Of a DNA stretch of 64,000 nt, positions 17,549 through 27,470 are shown piece after piece. The stretch spans positions 36,690 to 100,689 of the forward strand of contig JAVEVE010000006.1 in assembly GCA_034005165.1 (NCBI GenBank). The letters run 5' to 3'. Within the stretch, counting starts at the first letter, position 1. Every line of letters begins with the position of its first letter. The stretch is from Pseudobdellovibrionaceae bacterium. Its GTDB lineage: Bacteria > Pseudomonadota > Alphaproteobacteria > Micavibrionales > Micavibrionaceae. The notes under the pieces were generated by a model. That model was not told the origin of the DNA, did no database searches, and was given only the letters and a program-made list of their open reading frames with translations. The translations under genes were made by a program, and so were the position numbers.

Positions 17549-17872
17549 ATGGCTTTTGACGAACGTAAAGATGCTGCCGAAAAGAAATTCGAGCTGGACC
17601 AGCAAACTCTCTTCAAGATCGAGGCGCGTGCCAGTAAGTTAATCGGTATTTGGGCTGGAGAGAAAATGGGCATGTCCGGCGCGGAACTGGAAGCTTATGC
17701 AAAAGAGGTTGTTGTCGCCAATCTGGATGAGCCCGGTTATGATGATGTAAAGCGTAAACTGGTTGCAGACTTCTCGGAAGCCGAAGTGTCTTTTACAGAA
17801 AACGAAATTGATCACATCATTCTTAAATCTGTTGATACGGCAACCCATCAGATTGCCCAAGAAGCTAAATAA
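17549..17872 (+). CDS. DUF1476 / F1-ATPase inhibitor zeta-subunit family protein, copy 2
   Basis: MAFDERKDAAEKKFELDQQTLFKIEARASKLIGIWAGEKMG...DEPGYDDVKRKLVADF aligns along its length with the Paracoccus zeta subunit as I recall it. Confidence 0.85.
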   Translation: MAFDERKDAAEKKFELDQQTLFKIEARASKLIGIWAGEKMGMSGAELEAYAKEVVVANLDEPGYDDVKRKLVADFSEAEVSFTENEIDHIILKSVDTATHQIAQEAK

Positions 17873-17913
17873 GCCCTGTTGCTTTTGCTTCTGAATTTCA
17901 AACAATAAAAAAA

Positions 17914-17935
17914 GCCCGAAATCGGGCCTTTTTTT
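17914..17935 (+). terminator. Rho-independent terminator (A-run/T-run flanked, potentially bidirectional)
   Basis: AAAAAAA-GCCCG-AAAT-CGGGC-CTTTTTTT. Confidence 0.8.
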
Positions 17936-18210
17936 ATTTCTGCTACTTTCTGATTTTTCCCTGAATCAACCCGCTGCGGCATATCCATGCCCTACCGGTT
18001 TTTTTTATAATCAGATTATCTAATCTTCATATGTCATTTCGTAGCCTATTTATTTTCAGTTGCGCAATAAAAAAATACCTCCCATGCCAAAAAAAGATGT
18101 TTATTTCCGTAATTTTCAATTTTCCTTACGAATCAGGCTTTTAATGTTGCCAGAATTGCAGTAAAATCCAATAACCTAATCCATAATATATATATTTTTC
18201 AGGTTCTCAG

Positions 18211-18900
18211 ATGAAATCAGCGATTATCGTCTTTCCGGGTACAAACCGCGAGAAGGACATGCAAATGGCCATTGAACATGTCTCGGGGCATACACCGACC
18301 TTAGTATGGCACAAAGATACCACCCTTCCCGATTGCGATTTAATGGTTTTACCGGGCGGATTCTCTTATGGTGATTACTTGCGCTGTGGGGCTATGGCCG
18401 CGCACTCTCCGATTATGAAAGAAGTAATTGCCAGAGCTCAAAAAGGCACCAGATTGCTGGCTGTGTGTAACGGTTTCCAGATTCTGGTTGAAACCGGACT
18501 TGTTCCCGGAGCATTACTTCACAACCGTTCACTCAAATTTATCTGCAAACAAGTTCATTTGCGCGCAGAGAACACATCAACGGAATTCACGCGCAGTTTT
18601 TCCCCTTCCCAGATTTTCCAAGTTCCGATTGCACATGGTGAGGGAAACTATTTCGTAGATGCTGATGGTCTTAAAGCTATGAAAGATAACGACCAGATTG
18701 CATTTCGTTATTGCACATCTGACGGTCAAATTACTGAGGACGCCAACCCGAACGGATCGCTCGAGAACATTGCTGGCGTCTTTAACAAGGAAAAAACCAT
18801 TCTCGGAATGATGCCGCATCCTGAAGACTCTGTTGTCCCGCATGCCAACAGACATGAAGGTATCCCTTTGTTTAAAAGCATTGTCGAGGCTTTGGCGTAG
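18211..18900 (+). CDS. purQ: Phosphoribosylformylglycinamidine synthase, glutamine amidotransferase subunit PurQ
   Basis: 229 aa. VFPGTN, GGFSYGDYLRCGA, nucleophile in VCNGFQIL and MPHPE at the C-terminus. Confidence 0.93.
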   Translation: MKSAIIVFPGTNREKDMQMAIEHVSGHTPTLVWHKDTTLPDCDLMVLPGGFSYGDYLRCGAMAAHSPIMKEVIARAQKGTRLLAVCNGFQILVETGLVPGALLHNRSLKFICKQVHLRAENTSTEFTRSFSPSQIFQVPIAHGEGNYFVDADGLKAMKDNDQIAFRYCTSDGQITEDANPNGSLENIAGVFNKEKTILGMMPHPEDSVVPHANRHEGIPLFKSIVEALA

Positions 18901-19152
18901 ATGCATACGTTAGAGACATACAAGCATTATAAAGGCGGGTTGTATGTGAAACTTCATGAAGCCCTGCATACAGAAACCAATGAAGAATTGGTGGTTTATG
19001 CCTGTGCTGTCCGCGGTGAAGTTTTCGCCCGCCCCAAGAGCCAGTTTTATGTGGATATTGAAGAAGACGGGTATTCCGGTCCGCGTTTTCAATTGATTGA
19101 TCGGGGTATGAGTAAAGATGATGCCCGCAATTTTCTAAAAGAAGAATTTTAA
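18901..19152 (+). CDS. DUF1653 domain protein
   Basis: 83 aa. [27 protein letters not shown]...FARP matches the DUF1653 signature. The ATG immediately follows the purQ TAG. Confidence 0.75.
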   Translation: MHTLETYKHYKGGLYVKLHEALHTETNEELVVYACAVRGEVFARPKSQFYVDIEEDGYSGPRFQLIDRGMSKDDARNFLKEEF

Positions 19153-19168
19153 TTTAAGAGAGCCGACT

Positions 19169-21409
19169 ATGACAGCACTTGCCAAACAAAAACCAGCCAT
19201 TCAAGAACCTGCTATCACGCTGGAACTAGCCAAATCATTTGGTTTATCTGAGAGTGAATTTAATCTGGTCAACGATATTCTCGGACGCACGCCGACCTAT
19301 ACCGAGCTTGGTATTTTCTCTGTCATGTGGTCAGAGCATTGCTCTTATAAGTCTTCGCGCCTTCATTTGAAGAAACTTCCGACGGAGGGCAAATGCGTTA
19401 TTCAAGGGCCGGGCGAGAATGCCGGTGTGATCGATATCGGTGACGGGCAAGCCGCCGTTTTTAAAATGGAATCCCATAACCATCCATCTTATATTGAGCC
19501 TTATCAAGGGGCAGCAACAGGTGTAGGCGGCATTATGCGTGATGTGTTCACAATGGGTGCGCGTCCTATTGCCAACCTCAATGCGCTTCGTTTCGGTGAG
19601 CCTTCTCACCCCAAAACACGTACTCTCGTTAAAGGTGTTGTAGCCGGAATTTCCGGGTACGGGAATTGCGTTGGCGTGCCAACAGTCGGAGGGGAAACCA
19701 ACTTCCACAAATCATACAACGGTAACAATCTGGTCAACGCGATGACAGTCGGGATTGCAGATCAGGATAAGATTTACTACGCGCGAGGTGCAGGTATTGG
19801 TCAGCCGATTGTTTATGTCGGATCAAAAACAGGACGTGACGGTATTCATGGGGCGACGATGGCCTCTGCAGAGTTTGGAGATGGCAACGAAGAGAACCGT
19901 CCGACTGTTCAGGTCGGTGATCCGTTCACTGAAAAACTATTGATCGAAGCCTGTCTTGAATTGATGCAATCGGATGCAATTATTTCCATTCAGGATATGG
20001 GCGCAGCTGGACTTACCTCTTCTGCTGTCGAGATTGCATCCAAGGGTGAGATCGGTGTTGTTCTTGACCTTGATCATGTGCCTCAACGCGAACTCGACAT
20101 GGTTCCTTACGAGATTATGCTTTCAGAATCTCAAGAACGTATGTTGATGATTTTGAAACCGGGTTCTGAGACAGAGGCACGGGCGATTATCGAGAAATGG
20201 GATTTGGATTTTGCAGTCATCGGATACACAACCGATGACCAACGTTTAAGACTGAATATGTACGGCGAGTGCTGGTGCGATATTCCTGTCCCTCCGTTGG
20301 TCGATCAATCACCGCTTTATGATCGCCCATCTGTTGTGCCTAAGAAACCTTCTGCACTTGACGATGCAGGCTATCCTCTTTCCTCTGCTGGATTGCTTGG
20401 AGATCTTAAAACATTGATGGGATGCCCTGATATCGCGTCCAAACGCTGGATTTGGGAGCAGTATGACTCTCTCGTGATGGGGGAAACTATTTTCTCTCCG
20501 GGGATTGCTCATACTCAAGCGCTCAAATCAGGAGATGCGGCACTTGTTAAAATTCCGAACAAGGACAAGGCATTGGCGATGTCTTCTGATGTGACGCCAC
20601 GCTATGTTGAGGCGGACCCTTATGAGGGAGGAAAGCAAGCTGTTGCCGAGAGCTACCGTAATATCACTGCAACGGGGGCTACTCCCTTGGCTGTGACCAA
20701 CAACCTCAATTTCGGCAATCCTGAAAAGCCCGAGATTATGGGCCAGATCGTAGCCGCTCTTGAAGGGATGGGCGAAGCTTGTCGCGCGCTTGATTATCCA
20801 ATCGTTTCTGGGAACGTATCCCTTTATAACGAGACTTCAGGTCGTGCTATTCAACCGACTCCAACCATTGGCGGTGTCGGGCTGATTGCTGACTATAAGA
20901 AATCTGCACCGATTGCATTTGCTGCTGAGGGTCTTTCAGTTTTGGTGATTGGCAAAACGAAAGGTCATTTAGGACAGTCCTTATTCTTGCGTGAAATTCA
21001 TAACCTTGAACAAGGTGAAGCTCCCGTTGTTGATTTGGCTGCCGAAAAGAAAAATGGTGATTTTGTTCGTAGCCTAATCCTGGACGGTCTGGTCAGCTCC
21101 TGCCATGATGTGAGTGATGGCGGACTGCTGATCACTGTTGCCGAGATGGCCATTGCAAGCGGGATCGGATGCGCCCTTTCCGAAGAAACAGACACAGCGC
21201 CATTCTGGTTTGGCGAAGATCAGGCACGCTATGTCGTCGCAACAAGCCAAGCAGATGAAATTATCGTGAGAGCGAAATCTGCAGGCGTTGAAGTTTCAAT
21301 CGTCGGACAAACCCTAGGAGATTACATCACACATAAGAACCTATCGGTTTCAATTTCGGATCTTCTGGCCATCAATGAAGCCTGGTTGCCTAATTATATG
21401 AAAGGTTAA
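19169..21409 (+). CDS. purL: Phosphoribosylformylglycinamidine synthase subunit PurL
   Basis: 746 aa with [16 protein letters not shown] and [14 protein letters not shown] motifs. Confidence 0.95.
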   Translation: MTALAKQKPAIQEPAITLELAKSFGLSESEFNLVNDILGRTPTYTELGIFSVMWSEHCSYKSSRLHLKKLPTEGKCVIQGPGENAGVIDIGDGQAAVFKMESHNHPSYIEPYQGAATGVGGIMRDVFTMGARPIANLNALRFGEPSHPKTRTLVKGVVAGISGYGNCVGVPTVGGETNFHKSYNGNNLVNAMTVGIADQDKIYYARGAGIGQPIVYVGSKTGRDGIHGATMASAEFGDGNEENRPTVQVGDPFTEKLLIEACLELMQSDAIISIQDMGAAGLTSSAVEIASKGEIGVVLDLDHVPQRELDMVPYEIMLSESQERMLMILKPGSETEARAIIEKWDLDFAVIGYTTDDQRLRLNMYGECWCDIPVPPLVDQSPLYDRPSVVPKKPSALDDAGYPLSSAGLLGDLKTLMGCPDIASKRWIWEQYDSLVMGETIFSPGIAHTQALKSGDAALVKIPNKDKALAMSSDVTPRYVEADPYEGGKQAVAESYRNITATGATPLAVTNNLNFGNPEKPEIMGQIVAALEGMGEACRALDYPIVSGNVSLYNETSGRAIQPTPTIGGVGLIADYKKSAPIAFAAEGLSVLVIGKTKGHLGQSLFLREIHNLEQGEAPVVDLAAEKKNGDFVRSLILDGLVSSCHDVSDGGLLITVAEMAIASGIGCALSEETDTAPFWFGEDQARYVVATSQADEIIVRAKSAGVEVSIVGQTLGDYITHKNLSVSISDLLAINEAWLPNYMKG

Positions 21410-21468
21410 TATCTTCATAGGAAACTGTATGATAAACTGAGATTGATTGAACATCTCGGGGGACGGTA

Positions 21469-22479
21469 TTGGACAGTTTTTTTGACTTATTCGGAGAAAT
21501 CCCTCCCCCTTTCAATATTCTTCTGGATCACGGTGCTCAAACTTATTGGGTCACCTACATAGGTAGCGCCGTATTCGCCGGGCTGGTTTATATTTTCAGA
21601 CGCCGAGAAAAGCAGGTGCGTCTTCGGGCTATGCTTCGCTATATTTTTCCAAAAAAACTTTTTAAGCATCCCTCTACACGCATTGATATAAAACTTTATC
21701 TCGCAGCCAGTGCGTTTATCTTCTTCCAGACAGGAATATTGGCCATTTTTTCTGAATTCTGGGTTGATATTTATCTGAATCTTTTGAAAGCATTTCAGGT
21801 CTCAACACCAACTGTTACCCCCTTTACTGTCAAACTGATTATTCCGCTTGCCTTGCTTCTTATGCTCGAACTGGGATATTGGGTGGGACATTTTCTTTTG
21901 CACAAAGTTCCTTGGCTATGGGAGTTTCATAAAGTCCATCATAGTGCGGAAATCATGACCCCAGTCACTGAATTACGTCAACACCCTGTTGAATTATTTC
22001 TTGTGCCGTTTGTCACAGTTCCGTTCATGGCCCTTGTTTATGCAGTCATTTTTCTGGGATATGGACGTGATGCAGAAGCCTATACGATCTGGAGTCTGAG
22101 CAGCTTTATTGCTATTTTTTATTTTACTTACGGTCATTTTCGCCATAGCCATGTCAATGTCACTACATCCGGTATTTGGTCATATATATTTCAAAGCCCT
22201 CTGCATCATCAAATACACCACTCTACAGACCCTAAACATTTTGACACCAATCTGGGGTTTTGCCTATCCATATGGGATTGGACTTTCGGGACACTTTGTA
22301 TCCCGCATAAAGGGCAAAAAATAACTTTTGGCATACAAGATGACCTAAAACATTCCACTTCATTCATAGACCATTGGGTTCAGCCTGCTGTGCAATCCTA
22401 TCGCGTTCTGACGGGCCGAAAAAAGCCGTTTTCTCCATCAAGATTCCTTCAACGAGAAAAAAATACACCAGAGAATTGA
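21469..22479 (+). CDS. Fatty acid hydroxylase / sterol desaturase superfamily membrane protein
   Basis: 336 aa, polytopic, with His boxes HFLLH..HKVHH, HFRHSH and HHQIHH. TTG start with GGGGGA upstream. Confidence 0.75.
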   Translation: MDSFFDLFGEIPPPFNILLDHGAQTYWVTYIGSAVFAGLVYIFRRREKQVRLRAMLRYIFPKKLFKHPSTRIDIKLYLAASAFIFFQTGILAIFSEFWVDIYLNLLKAFQVSTPTVTPFTVKLIIPLALLLMLELGYWVGHFLLHKVPWLWEFHKVHHSAEIMTPVTELRQHPVELFLVPFVTVPFMALVYAVIFLGYGRDAEAYTIWSLSSFIAIFYFTYGHFRHSHVNVTTSGIWSYIFQSPLHHQIHHSTDPKHFDTNLGFCLSIWDWTFGTLCIPHKGQKITFGIQDDLKHSTSFIDHWVQPAVQSYRVLTGRKKPFSPSRFLQREKNTPEN

Positions 22480-22538
22480 TTTCTATATAAAATAAAACTA
22501 ATATTGTCCTGTTTACACAGAACAGGATCGTTTACCTT

Positions 22539-22769
22539 ATGGCTATGTCATCTGACGAGATTATTGCTCTAATTACATCGGGCCTTCCCGATGCGACTGT
22601 CACGATTACCGATTTGGCAGGAGATGGGAATCATTATCGGGCTGATATTGTTTCTCCGTCTTTCTCGGGCAAGAATCGTATACAACAGCACCAGATGGTC
22701 TACGATGCTTTGGGAACGAAGATGGGAAACGAGCTACATGCTCTGTCCATCAGAACTTCCGATAAATAA
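22539..22769 (+). CDS. BolA family protein
   Basis: 76 aa. DLAGDGNHYRADIVSPSFSGKNRIQQHQMVYDAL...LHALSIRT fits the BolA fold signature. Located next to grxD. Confidence 0.85.
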   Translation: MAMSSDEIIALITSGLPDATVTITDLAGDGNHYRADIVSPSFSGKNRIQQHQMVYDALGTKMGNELHALSIRTSDK

Positions 22770-22817
22770 AGACTAATAATTTAAAAAGTACAACTCTCTC
22801 GACTACGCAGGAATAAA

Positions 22818-23159
22818 ATGACACAAGAGCAAGTTTTTGAACGGATCAAGCAAGACATCAAGGACAATGATATTGTCTTGTATATGAAAGGGACAAAGAT
22901 TTTCCCCCAGTGCGGATTTTCTGCGCTGGTTGCAAATGTCCTTAATACGCTTGAAGTTGACTATATTAGTGTCAATGTTCTGGAAGATGATGATATCCGT
23001 CAGGGCATCAAAGACTTCTCGAACTGGCCTACAATTCCCCAACTTTATATCAAGGGGGAGTTTATCGGTGGATGCGATATCGTTAAGGAGCTGTTTGAAA
23101 GCGGCGAGTTGCAAGATATTTTGAATGACAAGGGCATAGCTTACAGGGCTGCATCTTGA
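22818..23159 (+). CDS. grxD: Monothiol glutaredoxin Grx4 family
   Basis: 113 aa with the CGFS active site (PQCGFS) and WPTIPQLYIKGEFIGGCDI. Confidence 0.93.
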   Translation: MTQEQVFERIKQDIKDNDIVLYMKGTKIFPQCGFSALVANVLNTLEVDYISVNVLEDDDIRQGIKDFSNWPTIPQLYIKGEFIGGCDIVKELFESGELQDILNDKGIAYRAAS

Positions 23160-24364
23160 GCCGCTTTGACACAATCATTATAGGAGCTGGTGCAGCCGGA
23201 CTGATGGCAGCTGCCCGCTTGGGTCAAGGTGGAAAATCAGTTCTTATTCTGGACCATAGCGAGAATATCGGTGAAAAAATCCGTATCTCGGGTGGAGGCC
23301 GGTGTAATTTTACCAACATAAATACCAAACCTGCCAACTTTCTATCTTCAAATCCGCATTTTTGTAAATCCGCTCTGGCTCGTTATACCCCACGTGATTT
23401 TATTTGCCTCGTCGAAAAATATGGCATTGCCTATCATGATAAAGGCAGCGGACAATTATTCTGTGACGGAAAATCCCAGCAGATCATTGATATGCTGGTT
23501 GCAGAATGCGAAAAAGGATCTGTCCGAATATCTCCTGGCACGATCATTGAGACTATTTCCCGTATGGATACTGGAGAGTTTATTTGCGCAACATCACGCG
23601 GAGATTTTATCACGCATAATCTGGTTATTGCCTGCGGAGGTCTTTCCATCCCGAAAATAGGAGCGAGCCCTTTCGGATACCGAATTGCAGAGCAATTCGG
23701 GTTGAGCGTCGTTCCTACGCGAGCGGCCTTGGTTCCCTTTATGTTTTCCGATGATTTTCTGGACCTTGCAAAAGACTTGTCCGGTGTATCGGTTGATCCC
23801 TGTATTGTTAAAGTCGGCAAAACTGTCTTTGAAGAAGCTGTTCTATTTACCCATCGCGGGTTAAGCGGCCCCGCAATTTTACAGGTATCGTCCTATTGGA
23901 AAGATGGCGATGAAGTCCATATCAATCTTTTGCCACGTAAGGACGCCTCGGAAATTCTCAAGAAAGCCCGTACCGAAAGCTCCAAGAAAATGTTGCGTAC
24001 TGTTCTGGAAACACTTTTGCCCGAACGGTTGGCACATGGTCTGGCTAGACTCAGTGGTGTGGACGAGCAAATGGGAAATTTATCGGATAAGAAAATTGCC
24101 GTGATTTCAGGCCTCATCCACGATTGGACTGTAAAACCTTGCGGCACTGAAGGCTACAGAACCGCCGAGGTAACTCTTGGTGGTGTCGATACAGAGGGGC
24201 TCTCCTCCAAGACCCTCGAGGCAAAGACCGTCGAAGGACTTTATTTTATCGGTGAAGTCGTTGACGTTACCGGTCATTTGGGAGGATTTAACTTCCAATG
24301 GGCATGGAGCTCGGCAGTGTGCTGTGCGGATGCTATTCTGGCTAAATCCACGCAAGCTGCCTAG
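23156..24364 (+). CDS. NAD(P)/FAD-dependent oxidoreductase, HI0933/BaiN-like family
   Basis: 402 aa with DTIIIGAGAAGLMAA, ISGGGRCNFTN and FTHRGLSGPAILQ. TTG start overlaps the grxD stop. Confidence 0.85.
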   Translation: MSRFDTIIIGAGAAGLMAAARLGQGGKSVLILDHSENIGEKIRISGGGRCNFTNINTKPANFLSSNPHFCKSALARYTPRDFICLVEKYGIAYHDKGSGQLFCDGKSQQIIDMLVAECEKGSVRISPGTIIETISRMDTGEFICATSRGDFITHNLVIACGGLSIPKIGASPFGYRIAEQFGLSVVPTRAALVPFMFSDDFLDLAKDLSGVSVDPCIVKVGKTVFEEAVLFTHRGLSGPAILQVSSYWKDGDEVHINLLPRKDASEILKKARTESSKKMLRTVLETLLPERLAHGLARLSGVDEQMGNLSDKKIAVISGLIHDWTVKPCGTEGYRTAEVTLGGVDTEGLSSKTLEAKTVEGLYFIGEVVDVTGHLGGFNFQWAWSSAVCCADAILAKSTQAA

Positions 24365-24367
24365 CAT

Positions 24368-25507
24368 CTAAAACCCTCTAGGCAGTCTTGAATCCCGGTG
24401 AATATTGCAACACTGGATGAGACCGAATGCCATCATGACTGTTAGCATGGCAGTTCCTCCATAAGACATGAGCGGCAGCGGTATCCCTACTACCGGTAGC
24501 AACCCCATAACCATGCCGATATTCACAATGGCATAAACAGAGAAATTGACCGTTAGACCAAACGCCAACAAACGGGTAAAATGGTTACGGCATCGGAATG
24601 CAATCCAGTATCCATAGAGAATAATCATTCCGATCAGTAAGAGTAGCCCTACGCCTCCCAGAAATCCCCACTCCTCGGCCCAGAGCGTAAAGATAAAGTC
24701 GGTGTGTTTTTCAGGCAAGAAGTTCAAGTGCGTTTGTGTTCCTTCCAGAAACCCTTTTCCTGTAAACCCCCCGGATCCTAATGCGATTTTTGATTGAGTG
24801 ATGTGGAACCCTGCGCCAAGAGGATCTGATTCTGGATTGAGGAAAGTTAGTACGCGGTTTTTCTGGTACTCCCTCAGGAATTGCCATGCTATCGGAACGG
24901 CAGCCACAGCGCTACAAATCCCCAGAATAAAGAGCCAGAACGGAACGCCTGCTACGAATAACATAGCGGTTCCTGCGAATATAATTGCCATCCCCGTTCC
25001 AAGATCAGGCTGGGTAACCACCAGAGCCACAGGGGCAAGCATAATCAATCCGGGAATAAGAAGGTTTTTAATTTTTCTGATATCCGCAAGTTCTTTGCCG
25101 TGATAGTAGCGCGCCAATGCCATAACGGTCGTAACTTTTGCTAGTTCCGACGGTTGGAGTTTGATAATCCCCAAATCTAGCCAGCGCTGCGCCCCCATGC
25201 CAACATGCCCAAGAAGATCAACAAGGATCAACAAGAATAATGTCCCACCGTAAAGTAACCAGACAGATCTGAAAATCCATTTGATATCAATAAGGGCAAT
25301 ACCGAAAAGCAATCCCAGCGAAAACAGAAAGCGCATGATCTGGGCAGACGCATATGGCTCAAGACTTCCGCCGGATGCGGAATACAAACACAAGAACCCG
25401 ATGCAGGCTAATGCGCAAATCAGGACAACCTGTCCCCAGGCAATTTGTTTAATTCTGCCTATAAAGGACATATCGTCGGAGTGAATGCGGGAATGAGTAA
25501 TCAGCAT
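24368..25507 (-). CDS. rodA: Peptidoglycan glycosyltransferase RodA (SEDS family)
   Basis: 379 aa, polytopic, with the FtsW/RodA/SpoVE signature (QPSELAK, LPEKHTDFIF, PLPLMSYGG). Directly follows mrdA. Confidence 0.92.
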   Translation of the reverse strand: MLITHSRIHSDDMSFIGRIKQIAWGQVVLICALACIGFLCLYSASGGSLEPYASAQIMRFLFSLGLLFGIALIDIKWIFRSVWLLYGGTLFLLILVDLLGHVGMGAQRWLDLGIIKLQPSELAKVTTVMALARYYHGKELADIRKIKNLLIPGLIMLAPVALVVTQPDLGTGMAIIFAGTAMLFVAGVPFWLFILGICSAVAAVPIAWQFLREYQKNRVLTFLNPESDPLGAGFHITQSKIALGSGGFTGKGFLEGTQTHLNFLPEKHTDFIFTLWAEEWGFLGGVGLLLLIGMIILYGYWIAFRCRNHFTRLLAFGLTVNFSVYAIVNIGMVMGLLPVVGIPLPLMSYGGTAMLTVMMAFGLIQCCNIHRDSRLPRGF

Positions 25508-27358
25508 TTATCCTGTACCCTCCAGTTTTTTTGATTTCGGATCACGCTTTTGGACTTCCAGCATAATATCTTTGGCTATCGGAGCGGCAGCAGCCGATCC
25601 TCCGATCCCATGGTCAACAACGACACAACAAGCATATTTTGGATTTTCAGTCGGGGCATATCCGACAAATAGAGCGTGGTGACGCAAGTGCCACGGCAAA
25701 TCTTCCTGACGCGTCACACCACGAGCCCGTTCGGCCATTGTAATCCTCTTAACCTGAGATGTTCCGGTTTTTCCGCCCATAGACATTCCCGGTTCGGAAA
25801 TACGAGACCCATAGGCTGTTCCCCCTTGTTGCAGCACAGCTTCCATTCCCTGCCGCACGATATCAAGATTTCGTTTTGAAATACCGATTTCAGGGAAAGT
25901 TCCGGTCAAAGAGATCGACAATGGTTTGTCATTGGCAAATCCTGCCAGCCATGGCTTCACCTCTTTTCCACCATTCACAACACGCGAGAGCATCGTGGCC
26001 AATTGCAACGGCGTAGACAAAACGGCCCCCTGCCCAATTGCGCTCACGAGACTTTCCCCTGTATGCCATACTTCGCCTTTGACTTCTCTTTTCCACTTGG
26101 TATCAGGAATCAACCCTGCTTTTTCTTCGGGCAAGTCAAAGTCAAATAATTGACCTACCCCGAGACGTCTGGCCATTTGGGCAATTTTATCAAATCCAAT
26201 TTGATGAGCCATTTTATAAAAGAATGTATCACATGAATGAGCCAGAGCATCGACGACATTTACTGTTCCGTGCCCCCCCGCTTTCCAGCAGTGAAATCTG
26301 GTTTTGCCCAGATCATAATGTCCCGGGCAGAAGACACTCCAATTCCTGTTGATATCGCCTGATTCCAGCCCCGCAAGTGCCGTCACAATTTTAAAGGTTG
26401 ATCCGGGAGGATAGACACCACTGATTGCTTTGTTGTTCAGCGGATGGGTTGGATCATCTCGCAATTGTTCCCAATCCATTGTGGAAATTCCGCCAGAAAA
26501 CGAGTTCGGATCGAAGGCGGGATGAGACACACACGCATAAACTTCTCCCGTTTCGACATCCATGACGACGGCAGAGGCGCTCCGTTCCGTCGAGAGGCGT
26601 TGTTGAACAAAGCGCTGGAACTCGGCATCAATCGACAAGACCAATCGTGCTCCTTGTATTGCCGGATCTATTCCCAACTGCCTGACAGGGCGTCCGTGGA
26701 CATTGACTTCCATCTCGGCGCGTCCGGCCTTGCCCCGCAAATCGAGATCATATTTCTTTTCGACTGCACTTTTTCCGACCTGAAACCCAGGAAGAGAAAG
26801 TAATTTGTCGTTCATTTTGTCGACATCACTGACCCGACCGACATAGCCAACCAGGTGCGCCGTTGCATCTTTATACGGGTAACTTCTCAATTCTCCGGCT
26901 TGCACAGTCACACCCGGCAAATGCGGTAAATTTAATTCTATTTTAGAAACATCTTCCCAAGCCAGATTGTCCCGTACTTCAACAGGAACATAAGAAGGAT
27001 TACGTTTTATAAGTTTCAGGGCTTTCTGGATATCTGCCTCATCAACAGTAATGACGGATTGCAAATCTCTCAGTGTTTTTTCGGAATCTTCTGTTTGTTC
27101 TTGTGTTACCAACACCTGAAAATTCTGGAGGTTGGTTGCTAACGGGACGCCATACCGATCGACAATTTGCCCACGGGAAGGGGGAATTATTCGGACGTTA
27201 ATACGGTTATTTTCCGCCAATGTCGTATAGCGCTCTCCTTCAACCAGCTGAAGCCAAGACAATCGCCACCCCAAAACGGATAAGCCGAATCCTTGCAAGC
27301 CGCCCACAATAAAGGCCCGCCGCGTAAAGCTATCGATTTTTTCCTGATCGCGATCCAT
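25508..27358 (-). CDS. mrdA: Penicillin-binding protein 2 (elongasome transpeptidase)
   Basis: 616 aa with class B PBP motifs STFK (PGSTFKIV), SCD (AHSCDTF) and KTGT (GGKTGTSQ). Located upstream of rodA. Confidence 0.92.
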   Translation of the reverse strand: MDRDQEKIDSFTRRAFIVGGLQGFGLSVLGWRLSWLQLVEGERYTTLAENNRINVRIIPPSRGQIVDRYGVPLATNLQNFQVLVTQEQTEDSEKTLRDLQSVITVDEADIQKALKLIKRNPSYVPVEVRDNLAWEDVSKIELNLPHLPGVTVQAGELRSYPYKDATAHLVGYVGRVSDVDKMNDKLLSLPGFQVGKSAVEKKYDLDLRGKAGRAEMEVNVHGRPVRQLGIDPAIQGARLVLSIDAEFQRFVQQRLSTERSASAVVMDVETGEVYACVSHPAFDPNSFSGGISTMDWEQLRDDPTHPLNNKAISGVYPPGSTFKIVTALAGLESGDINRNWSVFCPGHYDLGKTRFHCWKAGGHGTVNVVDALAHSCDTFFYKMAHQIGFDKIAQMARRLGVGQLFDFDLPEEKAGLIPDTKWKREVKGEVWHTGESLVSAIGQGAVLSTPLQLATMLSRVVNGGKEVKPWLAGFANDKPLSISLTGTFPEIGISKRNLDIVRQGMEAVLQQGGTAYGSRISEPGMSMGGKTGTSQVKRITMAERARGVTRQEDLPWHLRHHALFVGYAPTENPKYACCVVVDHGIGGSAAAAPIAKDIMLEVQKRDPKSKKLEGTG

Positions 27359-27470
27359 GATTGGAGTTATAGCAAGTTTTGGCTAATTGGCTATGACCTT
27401 TCGGAATTTGACAGGCTTTATCCAAACTTTTATATCTTATGTCATATAAAGAAAATGACAGGGATTTTAC

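Noticed and set aside
17873-18210. Long (338-bp) intergenic region upstream of purQ, examined for a ZTP/purine riboswitch or a small gene
   Set aside because: No ZTP (pfl) or purine aptamer core sequences are seen. The only small ORF (37 codons, starting around 18040) has no SD and low-complexity content. Apart from the terminator at 17914-17935 and a GGCAT-ATCC-ATGCC hairpin, I cannot support a feature.
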